DNA of 64,000 nt from Nitrosopumilus sp. (GCA_965205675.1 OZ242186.1:1-64000); one strand, 5' to 3'; counted from the first letter of the stretch, positions 40,578 to 51,518 are shown. The notes: a model not told the origin generated them from the letters alone. Made by a program: numbers and translations.

Positions 40578-41153
40578 GGTTATAGTTATCTGCACACAAA
40601 GCAAACAAGATTAGTCTGAAAAAAGCATCAGTTGATTCCTCAAGTGCTGCTGCAAAAAAGGGGCAACGATATAAGAAGAGATGGTTTCAAAAAGATTACA
40701 AGCACAAAAATTCATGTTGCAGTAGAACAAAACGGTTTATCAATATCTATTACAATGGATTCTGCAAATTTTCATAATTTCACAAAATATGGAATTGATG
40801 AAAAAGAAAACATTTCTGATTTTGTAAATGATGAGGAAAATTGTTTCAGTTTATGCAGACGAAATTTGTGATGCAAAATCAATTAGAAATCATTTGAGAA
40901 ACAGAAACATCAATCCATGTATTCCATTTAGAAAAAATAATGATGGAGCAACAAAAAATAGATCATACAAAAAAATATAACAAGATTCGTTATGTTGTGG
41001 AGAGATTCTTTGCATAACTCAAGTGTGGATTCTGCAAGAACAGCAATAAGATATGAAAAGAATTGCAAGAATTATTTGGGACCCGTTTACTTGGCACCAA
41101 TTCTGATGTATTGGAGAGTATTGGGATGAGTTGGCTATAAGAATAACCTTCAT

Positions 41154-41819
41154 TTAGGTTCTCATGATATCTGAATGTAAAATATCATAAGCTCTGGATG
41201 AATCTCTTTCATTTAAAATTATTATTATATTATCCTGACTGAAAAATGCATTAACCAATTCTATCCCATTTACATGTAAAACTTCAGCAACATATGACAC
41301 TACATCTGATTGATTTTGAGATCTAGGTATTGAAATTCTTATTTTTGCTAATCCAGTACTAAACATATTATCATTTACTGACACATTATTGAAGATTTCT
41401 CTAATGTCTTCCATATCTTCAGCAAGGAATCTAAACGAATCAGAAACTCTGAAAAAATCATAATTGTTAGTTATTTTGGAGAATTTATCTAAAATTATCA
41501 TAGGATCCATTTCATTTGAATCCTTCATGGAAAACTTGACATCCATTATACCGTCAGTTAGTGCTAATCTTGCATTTTTCAAAACTGATTCCTCTTTGAC
41601 TTCATCTTTAATTTCAAATGAATCTGCATATCTCTTAATTGCAACAACAACAGTATTGAGGTTCACAGAATTTCCTAGGATTTTTTCAATTTCTGGTTGG
41701 ATCTTTACTGCCAGAGCTGTATAGTTAATCAAATCCATCTTCATGCAATCATAAACTGAGCGATTTCTGGTGATGATCTCTCTTACTACTTCAGGTATAG
41801 ACATGCTTGAAGCTCTCAT
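41154..41819 (-). CDS. ACT-domain-containing protein with N-terminal HTH-like region
   Basis: LINYTALA..TVVVAIKRY N-terminus; C-terminal ACT-like GIELVNAFFS. Confidence 0.8.
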   Translation of the reverse strand: MRASSMSIPEVVREIITRNRSVYDCMKMDLINYTALAVKIQPEIEKILGNSVNLNTVVVAIKRYADSFEIKDEVKEESVLKNARLALTDGIMDVKFSMKDSNEMDPMIILDKFSKITNNYDFFRVSDSFRFLAEDMEDIREIFNNVSVNDNMFSTGLAKIRISIPRSQNQSDVVSYVAEVLHVNGIELVNAFFSQDNIIIILNERDSSRAYDILHSDIMRT

Positions 41820-41884
41820 TAAGATTATTATATTATGTCAGTTATAATAGGATTATGTAAAATTTTATCTAAATACTACTAATC

Positions 41885-41910
41885 TTTATATAATGTAATA
41901 CCTATTACAT
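41885..41910 (+). promoter_or_regulatory. TATA box and operator-like inverted repeat upstream of hsp20
   Basis: TTTATATA (41885-41892) followed by ATGTAATA-CC-TATTACAT (41893-41910). Confidence 0.6.
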
Positions 41911-41917
41911 AAAATAG

Positions 41918-42424
41918 GTGAATATGACAATGTTCTTCGATAGTGAAATTGATAGAATTTTCAAAAAAATGTCAAAATCTTTTTTTGATATAGACGACAT
42001 TTTTGAGGAATTCAAGGAAAATGGTTCTGAATCTGGTTCATATTGTTATGGTTATACCATGACCGTTGGCCCTGATGGAAAACCTGTTGTAAAGGAGTAT
42101 GGAAATGCCAAACCGGGTCTTTTACCAACTTCTGATATACGAGAACCATTAGTTGACATAATTGTCGACGAAAAAGAAAAAGTAGTAAAACTCATAGCTG
42201 AGATGCCGGGAGTTGAAAAATCTGATGTCAAAATTGTTGTTGAAAATAAAACAGTAGAACTTTCAGCAGAACATGGTGAGAAAAAATATCATGCCAAAGT
42301 TCCTGTACAACACAAGGTTGATGAAAACTCTGTAAAAGCTTCTTATAAAAATGGAGTTTTACAAATTGTCTTCAAATTAATTGAAGAAGAGAAACCAAAA
42401 GGCAAAACGGTGGAGGTTGAATAA
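41918..42424 (+). CDS. hsp20: Archaeal small heat-shock protein Hsp20
   Basis: GPDGKP..EYGN, REPLVD, AEMPGV, ASYKNGVL. Confidence 0.93.
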   Translation: MNMTMFFDSEIDRIFKKMSKSFFDIDDIFEEFKENGSESGSYCYGYTMTVGPDGKPVVKEYGNAKPGLLPTSDIREPLVDIIVDEKEKVVKLIAEMPGVEKSDVKIVVENKTVELSAEHGEKKYHAKVPVQHKVDENSVKASYKNGVLQIVFKLIEEEKPKGKTVEVE

Positions 42425-42454
42425 ACCCCTCGTTAATTTTTTTGAGGTAACGAT

Positions 42455-44590
42455 ATGAATGAAGTAATTTTAAAAATTGATGAAAGTCCACAACAACACG
42501 TTGGAAGAGGTAGAGCAATAATTGATCCTAAAATAATTGAAGATCAAAATTGGAATACTGGGCAAATACTAGAACTAACGTATAACAAAAAAACACATGT
42601 AAAACTTTGGCCAGGTGCATCTGAAGAATATGGTTTAGGTATTATCAAAATAGATGGAATGACAAGACAAAATATTGGAGCTGGAATTGGGGATAAAATT
42701 TCATTAAAAACGGTAGAAGCAATAACTGCCGAACAAATAATTTTGTCACCTACTGAAAAGATTGCTGCAGAAGGATTGCAAGAATATATGATTTACAATT
42801 ATCTTAATCATGTGTTTACAACTGGTGATTCTATTTCTCTTAATACCCAGATGGGAGGTAGAGTTCAGTTTGTTATAACAAGTACAAAGCCATCAAAACC
42901 TGTAATTGTAACAGAAAATACTGTGTTCAAACTTGGAGTTATGACTAAAGCGATTGATTCGGCTGTTCCAAGAATCACATATGATGAACTTGGTGGTCTA
43001 AAAAATGAAGTTCAAAAAATTCGTGAAATGGTGGAATTGCCAATGAGGCATCCTGAATTATTTGATAAAATAGGTGTAGAGGCACCAAAAGGTGTTTTAT
43101 TGTATGGTCCTCCCGGTACTGGGAAAACACTACTTGCAAAAGCAGTTGCTGGTGAAACAAATGCTCATTTTATTTCACTTAGCGGGCCAGAAATAATGGG
43201 AAAGCATTATGGAGAAAGTGAAGAAAGAATCAGAGAAATCTTTACTCAGGCAGAAGAGAATTCTCCCAGTATAATTTTCATAGATGAGATTGATTCTATT
43301 GCCCCCAAAAGAGATGAAGTATCAGGTGAGCTAGAGAAAAGAGTCGTTTCACAATTGTTGACTCTAATGGATGGTATGAAATCAAGAGGAAAAGTTGTAG
43401 TTATTGCAGCTACTAACAGACCTGATTCAATTGATCCTGCACTACGAAGACCAGGTAGATTTGATAGAGAAATAGAAATTGGAATTCCAGACGATGGAGG
43501 ACGATTTGATATTCTTTCTATTCATACACGTGGTATGCCAATTGATGAGAAAGTAGATTTGAAACAAATATCAAAAACAACACATGGATTTGTAGGAGCT
43601 GATTTAGAAGTATTATCCAAAGAGGCTGCAATGAGCTCACTTCGTAGAATTCTTCCTGAAATTGATCTTGACGAAGAAAAAATTTCATCAGAAATTCTTC
43701 AAAAAATCCAAATTACTGATGAAGATTTTAGAGATGCATTAAAAGAAGTTCGACCAAGTGCACTTAGAGAAGTTCAAGTTCAAATCCCAAACACAAGTTG
43801 GGATGACGTTGGCGGTTTAGATGAATTAAAAGAAGAACTCAAGGAAGCAGTTGAATGGCCAATCAAATACAAAGATGCATATGATTATGTTGACGTAGAA
43901 ACGCCAAAAGGAATTTTGCTTTATGGTCCTCCCGGTACTGGTAAAACTCTAATTGCAAAAGCTCTTGCAAAAATGACAGAATCGAATTTTATCAGCATTA
44001 AAGGTCCTGAATTGCTCTCAAAATGGGTTGGAGAATCTGAAAAAGGAATTCGTGAAATCTTTAGAAAAGCACGACAAGTAGCACCATGTATTATTTTCTT
44101 AGATGAAGTTGATGCACTTGTTCCAAGAAGAGGTAGTGGAGGTACTGAATCTCATGTTACAGAAAATGTAGTATCTCAAATTTTAACAGAAATTGATGGA
44201 TTAGAAGAACTACACAACGTTTTGATAATTGGAGCTACAAACCGACTAGATATTGTTGATGAAGCACTTCTAAGACCCGGTAGATTTGATAGAATAATCA
44301 AGGTTCCAAATCCTGATGAAAAAGGACGACAACATATCTTTGAAATTCATACAAAGAACAAACCACTTGGAAACGATGTGAAAATCTCTGAACTGGTAAA
44401 TCTAACTAAAGATTTCAGTGGTGCCGAGATTACAGCAGTAACAAATCGAGCGGCGACTGCTGCTTTGAAGAGATACGTTGGCGCAAAATCCAAGAATGTG
44501 AAGGAGATCCAAATCACCCAATGGGATCTAACTGATGCTGTGGATAAGGTAAGACCTAAAAAGAAAGAGACACCCATACCCAATCCATAA
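42455..44590 (+). CDS. cdc48: CDC48/VAT family AAA+ ATPase
   Basis: Two GPPGTGKT modules, two RPGRFDR motifs, N-domain. Confidence 0.96.
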   Translation: MNEVILKIDESPQQHVGRGRAIIDPKIIEDQNWNTGQILELTYNKKTHVKLWPGASEEYGLGIIKIDGMTRQNIGAGIGDKISLKTVEAITAEQIILSPTEKIAAEGLQEYMIYNYLNHVFTTGDSISLNTQMGGRVQFVITSTKPSKPVIVTENTVFKLGVMTKAIDSAVPRITYDELGGLKNEVQKIREMVELPMRHPELFDKIGVEAPKGVLLYGPPGTGKTLLAKAVAGETNAHFISLSGPEIMGKHYGESEERIREIFTQAEENSPSIIFIDEIDSIAPKRDEVSGELEKRVVSQLLTLMDGMKSRGKVVVIAATNRPDSIDPALRRPGRFDREIEIGIPDDGGRFDILSIHTRGMPIDEKVDLKQISKTTHGFVGADLEVLSKEAAMSSLRRILPEIDLDEEKISSEILQKIQITDEDFRDALKEVRPSALREVQVQIPNTSWDDVGGLDELKEELKEAVEWPIKYKDAYDYVDVETPKGILLYGPPGTGKTLIAKALAKMTESNFISIKGPELLSKWVGESEKGIREIFRKARQVAPCIIFLDEVDALVPRRGSGGTESHVTENVVSQILTEIDGLEELHNVLIIGATNRLDIVDEALLRPGRFDRIIKVPNPDEKGRQHIFEIHTKNKPLGNDVKISELVNLTKDFSGAEITAVTNRAATAALKRYVGAKSKNVKEIQITQWDLTDAVDKVRPKKKETPIPNP

Positions 44591-44625
44591 AATAGTCTAA
44601 ATAGTAAGGAAAATGACGTAAAATT

Positions 44626-44844
44626 ATGAAACTCTATCTTGACTTTGAACCTTGCAAAGAATGCAACACAATGATGACTGAGCTAAGCAGCCCTGAAATG
44701 TTATTTGCAGATGATAAAACTAGAGCAGATGAATCTGCAAAATTTCTCAGACATCTAACATATAATCATAATGAAGTAGTTCAAGCTGTGATGGAAGATC
44801 TCCCAAAACAAAAAAGAAGTCAAGAGCCTGATTTTTACAAATAA
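44626..44844 (+). CDS. Small hypothetical protein
   Basis: CxxC..HxxxxH; follows cdc48. Confidence 0.65.
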   Translation: MKLYLDFEPCKECNTMMTELSSPEMLFADDKTRADESAKFLRHLTYNHNEVVQAVMEDLPKQKRSQEPDFYK

Positions 44845-44919
44845 TCTTCTTTTTCGTTCTTAAAATTAATAATCATATTCATATACAAAAATAATATAAC
44901 ATTATTGTGAAATCATAAT

Positions 44920-45357
44920 ATGAAATCTGTCATTCTTTTTAGTATAATTGCAATACTTGGATTTGTTAGTTTTTTACAGATTACATTAGCATTTGAAACA
45001 GAACAAGAACCAGAACCTCCACAAATCCCTGAACCTAGTCCTGTACCAGAACCTATCATAATGCCAAATCCTACACCTGTACCAGAACCATTTCCAGAAG
45101 AATCTAATTCAGAAAAAATACAACGATTAACTGAAGATAATCATAAACTTAAACAACAAAACACTAATCTCCAAAGTCAGATATCTTCTCTAAAAAATGA
45201 TAACCTAAGACTACAAGATGAAATTTCTGAACTTCATAGTTCCGTACAAGATCTTAAAGAAATTACATTAGAACAAGTTCGTATCATCATGGAATTGGTA
45301 AATCAATTAAAAGAAATAATATTTGAAAAAATATTTCCTCCTACCCTAAATGTGTAG
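44920..45357 (+). CDS. Exported Pro/Glu-rich coiled-coil protein
   Basis: Signal peptide, PEP repeats, heptad region. Confidence 0.75.
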   Translation: MKSVILFSIIAILGFVSFLQITLAFETEQEPEPPQIPEPSPVPEPIIMPNPTPVPEPFPEESNSEKIQRLTEDNHKLKQQNTNLQSQISSLKNDNLRLQDEISELHSSVQDLKEITLEQVRIIMELVNQLKEIIFEKIFPPTLNV

Positions 45358-45491
45358 GATTATTTTGAGATATCTACTCAACAAAATTTAACGTTTTCCT
45401 AACCAAAATAACTCTGTTTCTAATTGTGACGTCAATCATACTAGATTCTATTGCAAACTTTTTTTAATTAATTTTTTCACCATTTATGATA

Positions 45492-45628
45492 TATAGCGAG
45501 AAGCATAAGTTTGTGAGTTATTTTTTAGGTGTTTTAATTTGTTTATTCGTATTTGCCTATAAGGTAAGATCAACTGATTTCGAGTTTTTTGAAATTATTT
45601 AGTTCACGAACTTTTGATCGTCGCTATA
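45492..45628. mobile_element. MITE family 2, copy a
   Basis: TATAGCGA..TCGCTATA imperfect TIRs (20/26); homologous to inverted 53141-53274. Confidence 0.78.
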
Positions 45629-45629
45629 C

Positions 45630-45900
45630 CTTTCATGAATTGATTTCCAGAGGAAACTTTGGATTATCTTGTACTCTTTGACATGGTTTCATGAATTGAT
45701 TCTACGATCTAGATCTTTTGGATTAAAATACTTGATAGTTTATTCAGAATTTATATGCCTAAACTATACCATCCTCATAAAGTCTTTTGAGTTGTAATCA
45801 TTGTTTTGACATCATGCATCAGCCATATTTTGCAATAAAATAAGACTGCATTCCGTACAAACAATTTCACTTCTTTTAGATTCTGTAATTGTAAGCATCC
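45630..45900 (-). pseudogene. tfb: Strongly deleted TFB (TFIIB) remnant
   Basis: ITESKRSEIVCTECSLILLQNMAD Zn-ribbon-like segment followed by stops. Confidence 0.55.
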
Positions 45901-46091
45901 AGTTGACACCATAATAATTTGAATAATTTTTTACTATGATAATTACTAATGATTATAAAATAAAAATAATATGATTTAGATAATTTTGTATTAAAAATCA
46001 AACTTGACAAAAAATCCCCAAAACTTTTGCTAAGCTAATTCTTAATTCCAATATAATACACAATATAATAAATATTAAAAATAATTTAGAT

Positions 46092-46283
46092 TTATTTCTT
46101 AATAGATTCTAAAGAATGTCCACGATTTGTTATCATTTGAGTAACTGCCTCAACAGTATAATCAATTCCATGCTCTTCTTCAAAATGGTTTCTTAATTTT
46201 TCAATTAAACCTACAGTTTTTTCTTCGTCGAGAATATAAGCACATTCAAAACCATAATCCTCACATCTTAATTTTAATGTCAT
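46092..46283 (-). CDS. DUF1059-like small metal-binding protein
   Basis: CEDYGFEC..HFEEEHG. Confidence 0.82.
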   Translation of the reverse strand: MTLKLRCEDYGFECAYILDEEKTVGLIEKLRNHFEEEHGIDYTVEAVTQMITNRGHSLESIKK

Positions 46284-46320
46284 TCAGTCTGAAAAAATTA
46301 TCGAACCTATAAAAATCATA

Positions 46321-46400
46321 GAGGCATCTTTCCTCATTTAAAACAGAATTAGGTACAAATCAGATCTAAATTCAAGGTAAATAGCACTAATAATGTCATA
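46321..46400 (+). promoter_or_regulatory. Possible degenerate fluoride riboswitch
   Basis: GAGGCATC..TCCTC, AAAC and CTAATAATGTC resemble the motif GGAGAUGGCAUUCCUCC..AAAC..CUGAUGAUGCC; directly upstream of crcB. Confidence 0.35.
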
Positions 46401-46415
46401 ATATTCATTGAATAT

Positions 46416-46796
46416 ATGAAAGGTCTTGAATTTGTTTTCCTTGCAATTGGATCAGTACTAGGATCTTTTCTGAGATACAAAGTAACTGAATCGCCATTAC
46501 TATTCAATACATTACCCGTGAATGTTTTGATAATCAATATTCTTGGTGCCTTTATTCTTGGTGCATTTGTTGTGCTTTCACAGCATTGGCATCTTGATGT
46601 AAGATATTCTTTGTTTGCCGCAGTAGGATTTTGTGGATCACTTACCACCATGTCATCATTTGCACTTGATTCAACTACTCTATTAGAGAATAATCATTAT
46701 GGTACACTTGCCATTAATATACTAGCTAACGTTGGGTTGTCAATCGCAGCATTAATTGGAGGAAAGTCATTAATGAGTACAATTATCAATAATTAA
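46416..46796 (+). CDS. crcB: Fluoride channel Fluc/CrcB
   Basis: LRY, NILGAFILG, GFCGSLTTMSSF. Confidence 0.93.
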   Translation: MKGLEFVFLAIGSVLGSFLRYKVTESPLLFNTLPVNVLIINILGAFILGAFVVLSQHWHLDVRYSLFAAVGFCGSLTTMSSFALDSTTLLENNHYGTLAINILANVGLSIAALIGGKSLMSTIINN

Positions 46797-46802
46797 TTAG
46801 AA

Positions 46803-47033
46803 ATGGTCTATTCATATCAAGTTGTAAAGTTTCAAACAATTTCTTTTGTACAAGGAAATCATTGGTCTCAATCAGTAGGAGATAAAGGAATTCTTTACAA
46901 ATCTCTTAAAGATCCATTTTCAAAACTTATTGTTCAGTCCTCTAATGGTTCAAAAAAATTGTATCGTGTTCCAAAAGATAGGACTGTTGTAGTAACAAAT
47001 GATGCTGTACACTTTTTAGGGGAACTATCTTAA
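46803..47033 (+). CDS. Hypothetical protein
   Basis: Clean ORF 6 nt after crcB. Confidence 0.65.
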   Translation: MVYSYQVVKFQTISFVQGNHWSQSVGDKGILYKSLKDPFSKLIVQSSNGSKKLYRVPKDRTVVVTNDAVHFLGELS

Positions 47034-47306
47034 TTATTTAAAAAATTGATCAACTTGATCTCTATATTTTAATGCAATTTTTCCAAAGTCTGCAAAATCA
47101 TTTGCAGTAGGATATTTCATTTTCATTGCAAATTGATTTACAAATACAGATAATGCACTACCAATAATTAGGTTGTATACTCCATCTGCAACATTATTTG
47201 AATATGGAAATGCTACTCTAATAAATGGCAAATATGTTTCAGTCTGAGAAATCATTAATTTGATATGTTTTTCAACAAATTCTTCTACATCCGTAGGAAT
47301 CGTCAT
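47034..47306 (-). CDS. Hypothetical protein
   Basis: Clean ORF, convergent and abutting. Confidence 0.65.
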   Translation of the reverse strand: MTIPTDVEEFVEKHIKLMISQTETYLPFIRVAFPYSNNVADGVYNLIIGSALSVFVNQFAMKMKYPTANDFADFGKIALKYRDQVDQFFK

Positions 47307-47376
47307 AACTATACTTGTATTGATTTCATATAAATAGAACTTTGACTTTTAGGCATGATGATCTTATCTGATAATT

Positions 47377-47568
47377 TCAGCCATGTAACTTTTCTTTTCT
47401 ACTTCTTGGTAAACATTCTAACTGCCTATTATAGCATGGATAAATCATTCCATCAAATTCCCTAAATATTTCACAATAATTACATCTTTTTTGTCCTAAC
47501 AGCATTCTGCCAATTTCAGTTGGAATTACAGCCTTGCACTCTTCACATTCACCTATCCAATAAGTCAC
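47377..47568 (-). CDS. Small Cys-rich protein
   Basis: Two CxxC pairs. Confidence 0.5.
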   Translation of the reverse strand: MTYWIGECEECKAVIPTEIGRMLLGQKRCNYCEIFREFDGMIYPCYNRQLECLPRSRKEKLHG

Positions 47569-47673
47569 AAAGTAATAATGAACTCTCTAAAGATAAAACA
47601 TTGGCTATTCAGTATTCTACTTTTTGAATTATTTCTAAAATGAAATTTATATTACTAATTTGATTTTTTATTA

Positions 47674-47991
47674 TTGCTTGAACTGGACAAGAAAGTATTT
47701 GGAAACATTACCACTAAAGAAATTATTGGTGCTATTCCACCTGCACTTCCTGATACCAAACATAATCTTGAAAAAGAATTTACATCTTTGTTAGCCGAAT
47801 TAGAAACCCTTTCAAAAAATAGTCTTGAAAAACTCTTAGATGAACAGAAAATTGCTGAAAATCATATCAATAGTAGACCTGGTGCGATGGCATTGGCTCA
47901 AAACAAAATCCAATTATTCAATGAATATAATGAAAAATATATTCAATCAATAAAACAAACTTTAAAAGCGTATAATGAAATATTTAGATAA
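47674..47991 (+). CDS. Hypothetical protein
   Basis: Clean helical ORF. Confidence 0.6.
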   Translation: MLELDKKVFGNITTKEIIGAIPPALPDTKHNLEKEFTSLLAELETLSKNSLEKLLDEQKIAENHINSRPGAMALAQNKIQLFNEYNEKYIQSIKQTLKAYNEIFR

Positions 47992-48149
47992 TGGATGATG
48001 AACCAATAGATGATGCAATCTATCTTGATAAAAACTGGAAAATAGTAGATAAGGAAGATGCTGCATTTAAAAAAATATTTTTCATAGATAAAGATGGCAA
48101 TAGTGGAACACGAATATCCGAGATTATGCCAAAATTTTATCCTAGTTGA
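47991..48149 (+). CDS. Possible 52-aa acidic protein (absent from the ORF track)
   Basis: MDDEPIDDAIYLDKNWKIVDKEDAAFKK..; TAATG coupling with the upstream ORF. Confidence 0.4.
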   Translation: MDDEPIDDAIYLDKNWKIVDKEDAAFKKIFFIDKDGNSGTRISEIMPKFYPS

Positions 48150-48490
48150 AAATCTAACTTTGGCACTTTAGTTTCTCTGATATTAATACCAAACATTTTC
48201 ACATCTCGAGCATGAGATATTCCCAATTTTTCTTCTTCCTGTTCTTTTGTTTTTATTTCATCTTCTAGGTCTTTTTGCTTTTGTGTAGGTTCTGTTCTTT
48301 TTGGTAGTTTTTCCCACTGTTTCTGATTAATTATTTGTGTTTCACCAAACACATCATTGACATAAATGGCAGTCTTGCACCCACAGTCACAAATAGATTC
48401 CTTAATCACATAATAATCCTCACGATATTCTGTGGAATAATCAGGTTCGTATCTGTCGGGGTTTATGTTTTGTCTAGGATATTTTGGCAA
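48137..48490 (-). CDS. Hypothetical protein
   Basis: 117-aa ORF with CDCGC. Confidence 0.5.
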   Translation of the reverse strand: MPKYPRQNINPDRYEPDYSTEYREDYYVIKESICDCGCKTAIYVNDVFGETQIINQKQWEKLPKRTEPTQKQKDLEDEIKTKEQEEEKLGISHARDVKMFGINIRETKVPKLDFQLG

Positions 48491-48665
48491 ATTTTATGAT
48501 GAAATATCAGAAGCAACACCTTTGGAATAGATTCTATCAAAATTTCACTCCTCCATCTTTCAAGTAATATCCATCAATTAACATCTTTAAAAAATCAATT
48601 ATAGTTCTTTAACACACTAACTTATTTTAGAAATTATTAATGCCTATTGAATCTGGAGAAACGTT

Positions 48666-49350
48666 TTGTTCAAAATGTGGGTTTGTATTACTGAAAAACT
48701 ACAAGAATCTGGTCCAGAATGGAGATCATTTGCACAAGATGAAGGCAACAACAAAGCCCGAGCAGGTGCACCAACATCATTGACAATCCATGAATCAACT
48801 GATAGAAATCTTAGACAGGTATTTAGTAAACTAAATAGACTAAAAGATAAATTTGCAATTTCTGATTCAGTAATTGAAAAAACTGCTTGCATTTCCAGAA
48901 AAACTCTTGAGAAAGCTCTAGTTAGAGATCATTTTATTTCTGCTTTAATGGTATCTGCATATATGCCTACATACTGTGATACTTTTACACTTAGAACTCT
49001 AAAGGCTATAGAATAAGCTACAAATATCAAAAGAAAAGATATTGCAAGATGTTATCGATTATTAGTTAAAGAACTTGATTCGAATATATCAAAACTAATT
49101 CTATTCAATATGTTGCAAGTAGAATTGAGATTGCTGAAAAAACAAAACGACATGTTATCAAAATATTGAAGATATCTCAAGAAAATAAAGTCTCTGCAGG
49201 AAAAAATCCAATGGGATTAGCTGCAACAGTATTGTACATATCCCATGTTAAAATTAGTGGGATAAAACTCAGTAAGATATGGTAGAAGTAACAAACGTGA
49301 CTGAAGTGACTCAGAAATAGACATAAAGGTCTCAAAGAATCACTTGAGAA
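48666..49350 (+). pseudogene. tfb: Transcription factor B pseudogene
   Basis: GPEWRSF, RAGAP, DRNLRQ, IARCYRLL, AGKNPMGLAA; lacks an intact Zn ribbon and the B-linker; stops and frameshifts. Confidence 0.9.
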
Positions 49351-49379
49351 CTGTAACAATAATTTTCATAAATATACAA

Positions 49380-50843
49380 TCAGGATTGATCAGATTTTTC
49401 TTTAACAAATCCACCTTCAATAGAATCAACTAAATCTCCAGATATTTCTTCTGTTATACCTGAATCATCTTTAGGATCTTCTGGAGGTTTAACAAATCCA
49501 CCTTCCACAGATTCTGGAGGTGGAATTTTCTTTGATTTTCCTAATCCAATTGTTGTAATAATCACTGATGATAAAATAATAAAAAATATCAATTGTGGAT
49601 ATGCATCTGCATTTGGCAATCCCATGGTAATTGGATATGTTGCAAGAACTGCAGCTGCTAAACCTCGTGGTATCATAGAATTTGTTACTGCTCTATCCAA
49701 AAGTGAAAATCTTTTTGTTAATGTTATCTTTCCAACAAACACTCTTCCAAAATAAACTGCAATTGTTATCAACACTCCAAATACAAGATATTCTATCTGT
49801 CCAAAACTAGCCATTAATCCTACAAATACAAAGAAAAATGATCTGACTAAGAATGTCAATTGATTATGTGTAGGATCATCAGTCTCGATCCTTGGAAGTT
49901 TGAATCTAAGTACACGTGAAAGATGATTTTTGTTTCCAATCATCAAACCGAATACTAATGCTGTTAATGCTCCTGATTCTCCAAATGAGTTTGCTAGAAA
50001 GAACAAAACAAACAAGACTCCCAATGTGAGCATGTAGGCATGTTGGGCATTGCCAAGCTTTGTAGATACATACATCCATGGAATTCCTACTCCGAATCCA
50101 AGAACTAAACCAACAACAATTGCTCTTCCAATGGTTTCTTGTAGAGTTTGAATATCAAAATGTCCAGCTAAAACTGCTTCAAATAGAATGAATGCAATAA
50201 TTGTCGCTAAGATATCAGTTAAAGCAGATTCAAAACTTAGCATTGATTTTGTTTCTTCTGAAATTTTGACATTTCTCACTAATCCAAACACAATTGCTGA
50301 ACTGCTTCCACCTACAATTGATCCCAACAGAATACTTTCTAACCACAACCATCCTAATCCAAAATGAGCTGCAAGAGTAATCATAACAACGGATAAAATA
50401 AAACCAAGAACTGCAAGTGTAACTGAAAAATGTGCAGTTTTGATAACATGTTTGATATCTAGATTTAGACCTCCATCAAACATGATTATAATTAACGCAA
50501 GAGCAGCAAAGTATGGAACTACTTGAATTACAGCTTCAGGTTGGATGATTCCAAATACCGGTCCAATAATTACACCAAGAATCATTAAAAATGCAACATC
50601 TGGAATGCCGGTTTTTTTGAAGAATGCTTCACCTGCCACTCCAAGAAAAATTACTACTCCCGCAGCAAGCAAAATGACATGAGCTTCAGCGATAGGTCCA
50701 TTTTGAATAGACAATGTTCCGATAGAATTTTGTAATTCTGTAATTTTATTAGAAACTACACTTGTATCAAAACTAAATAATGAAGGTGTATTTTCTGTTT
50801 GCCCTCTAAACAAATTCAAAATAGATAATATTATGAGATTCAT
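49380..50843 (-). CDS. Cation:proton antiporter (CPA1/NhaP-like)
   Basis: FDGG, ESALTD, FFFV, PRGLAAAVLA; many TM helices. Confidence 0.92.
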   Translation of the reverse strand: MNLIILSILNLFRGQTENTPSLFSFDTSVVSNKITELQNSIGTLSIQNGPIAEAHVILLAAGVVIFLGVAGEAFFKKTGIPDVAFLMILGVIIGPVFGIIQPEAVIQVVPYFAALALIIIMFDGGLNLDIKHVIKTAHFSVTLAVLGFILSVVMITLAAHFGLGWLWLESILLGSIVGGSSSAIVFGLVRNVKISEETKSMLSFESALTDILATIIAFILFEAVLAGHFDIQTLQETIGRAIVVGLVLGFGVGIPWMYVSTKLGNAQHAYMLTLGVLFVLFFLANSFGESGALTALVFGLMIGNKNHLSRVLRFKLPRIETDDPTHNQLTFLVRSFFFVFVGLMASFGQIEYLVFGVLITIAVYFGRVFVGKITLTKRFSLLDRAVTNSMIPRGLAAAVLATYPITMGLPNADAYPQLIFFIILSSVIITTIGLGKSKKIPPPESVEGGFVKPPEDPKDDSGITEEISGDLVDSIEGGFVKEKSDQS

Positions 50844-50944
50844 TTATGACTGAATGTAAATCCATCTGGATAAAAGTTAAACTCGATAATTCAGAATTTT
50901 TAGGCTCTAACTGATTTTTAAATAACACATTCTAGTCAAATATT

Positions 50945-51487
50945 ATGAGCGCCACAAACCAACTTCGTGCTGATCATGATCAAATTCGTCGTTTAGAAAA
51001 ATTAGTATCAAAATGTGCTGATGAATTATACAAAGGCACCAAAATACCTTTTCCAGATTTAACAAAAATTGCTATAGTAATTTCAGAATTTGTTGATGCT
51101 ATTCATCATTCTAGAGAAGAAGATTCGTATTTTCCATGTGTTGCAAGTTATGATACATTAAAAGAAGAAATTAGAAAATTCATGATTGAACACGAATTTG
51201 GAAGAAACATAGCACGACAAATATTTCACCATCTTAAAAGATGGAAAGGTGGAGAAGATGCACAAGAGTCTGTATCAAGATATTTGAGAACTTATGGTGT
51301 GTTTCTAAATGATCATCTTAACAAAGAAAACAAATTTTTCGATGATGCAGAAACAAATATTCTATCTAAAGAAGAAGAAATTGAAATGTATGAACAGTAT
51401 CGTTCAGTTTTTGCTATAGTAAAAAAAGTCGATGAAATGATTGCTGAGATTGACTATTTAGAAAAACAACCTTGGGCCAAAAATTAG
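50945..51487 (+). CDS. Hemerythrin-like domain protein
   Basis: DH, HHSREE, EH, HLNKEN. Confidence 0.88.
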   Translation: MSATNQLRADHDQIRRLEKLVSKCADELYKGTKIPFPDLTKIAIVISEFVDAIHHSREEDSYFPCVASYDTLKEEIRKFMIEHEFGRNIARQIFHHLKRWKGGEDAQESVSRYLRTYGVFLNDHLNKENKFFDDAETNILSKEEEIEMYEQYRSVFAIVKKVDEMIAEIDYLEKQPWAKN

Positions 51488-51518
51488 CGTAAGCTCTTTA
51501 TGGGTTATTCAGATATTT

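Larger units (their letters stand above)
38808..41134 (+). mobile_element. Degenerate IS5-family (IS427-group-like) element interrupted by an IS110 segment at 39135-40588
   Basis: TIRs TCAACTGATCCCAACAC / GTATTGGGATGAGTTGG (14/17); N-part TGCRWIDLP..SAHRRF..GIWKK; C-part SVDSS..AKKG (AAAAAAGGGG at 40654), TKIHVAV, RYVVERFF. Confidence 0.85.
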
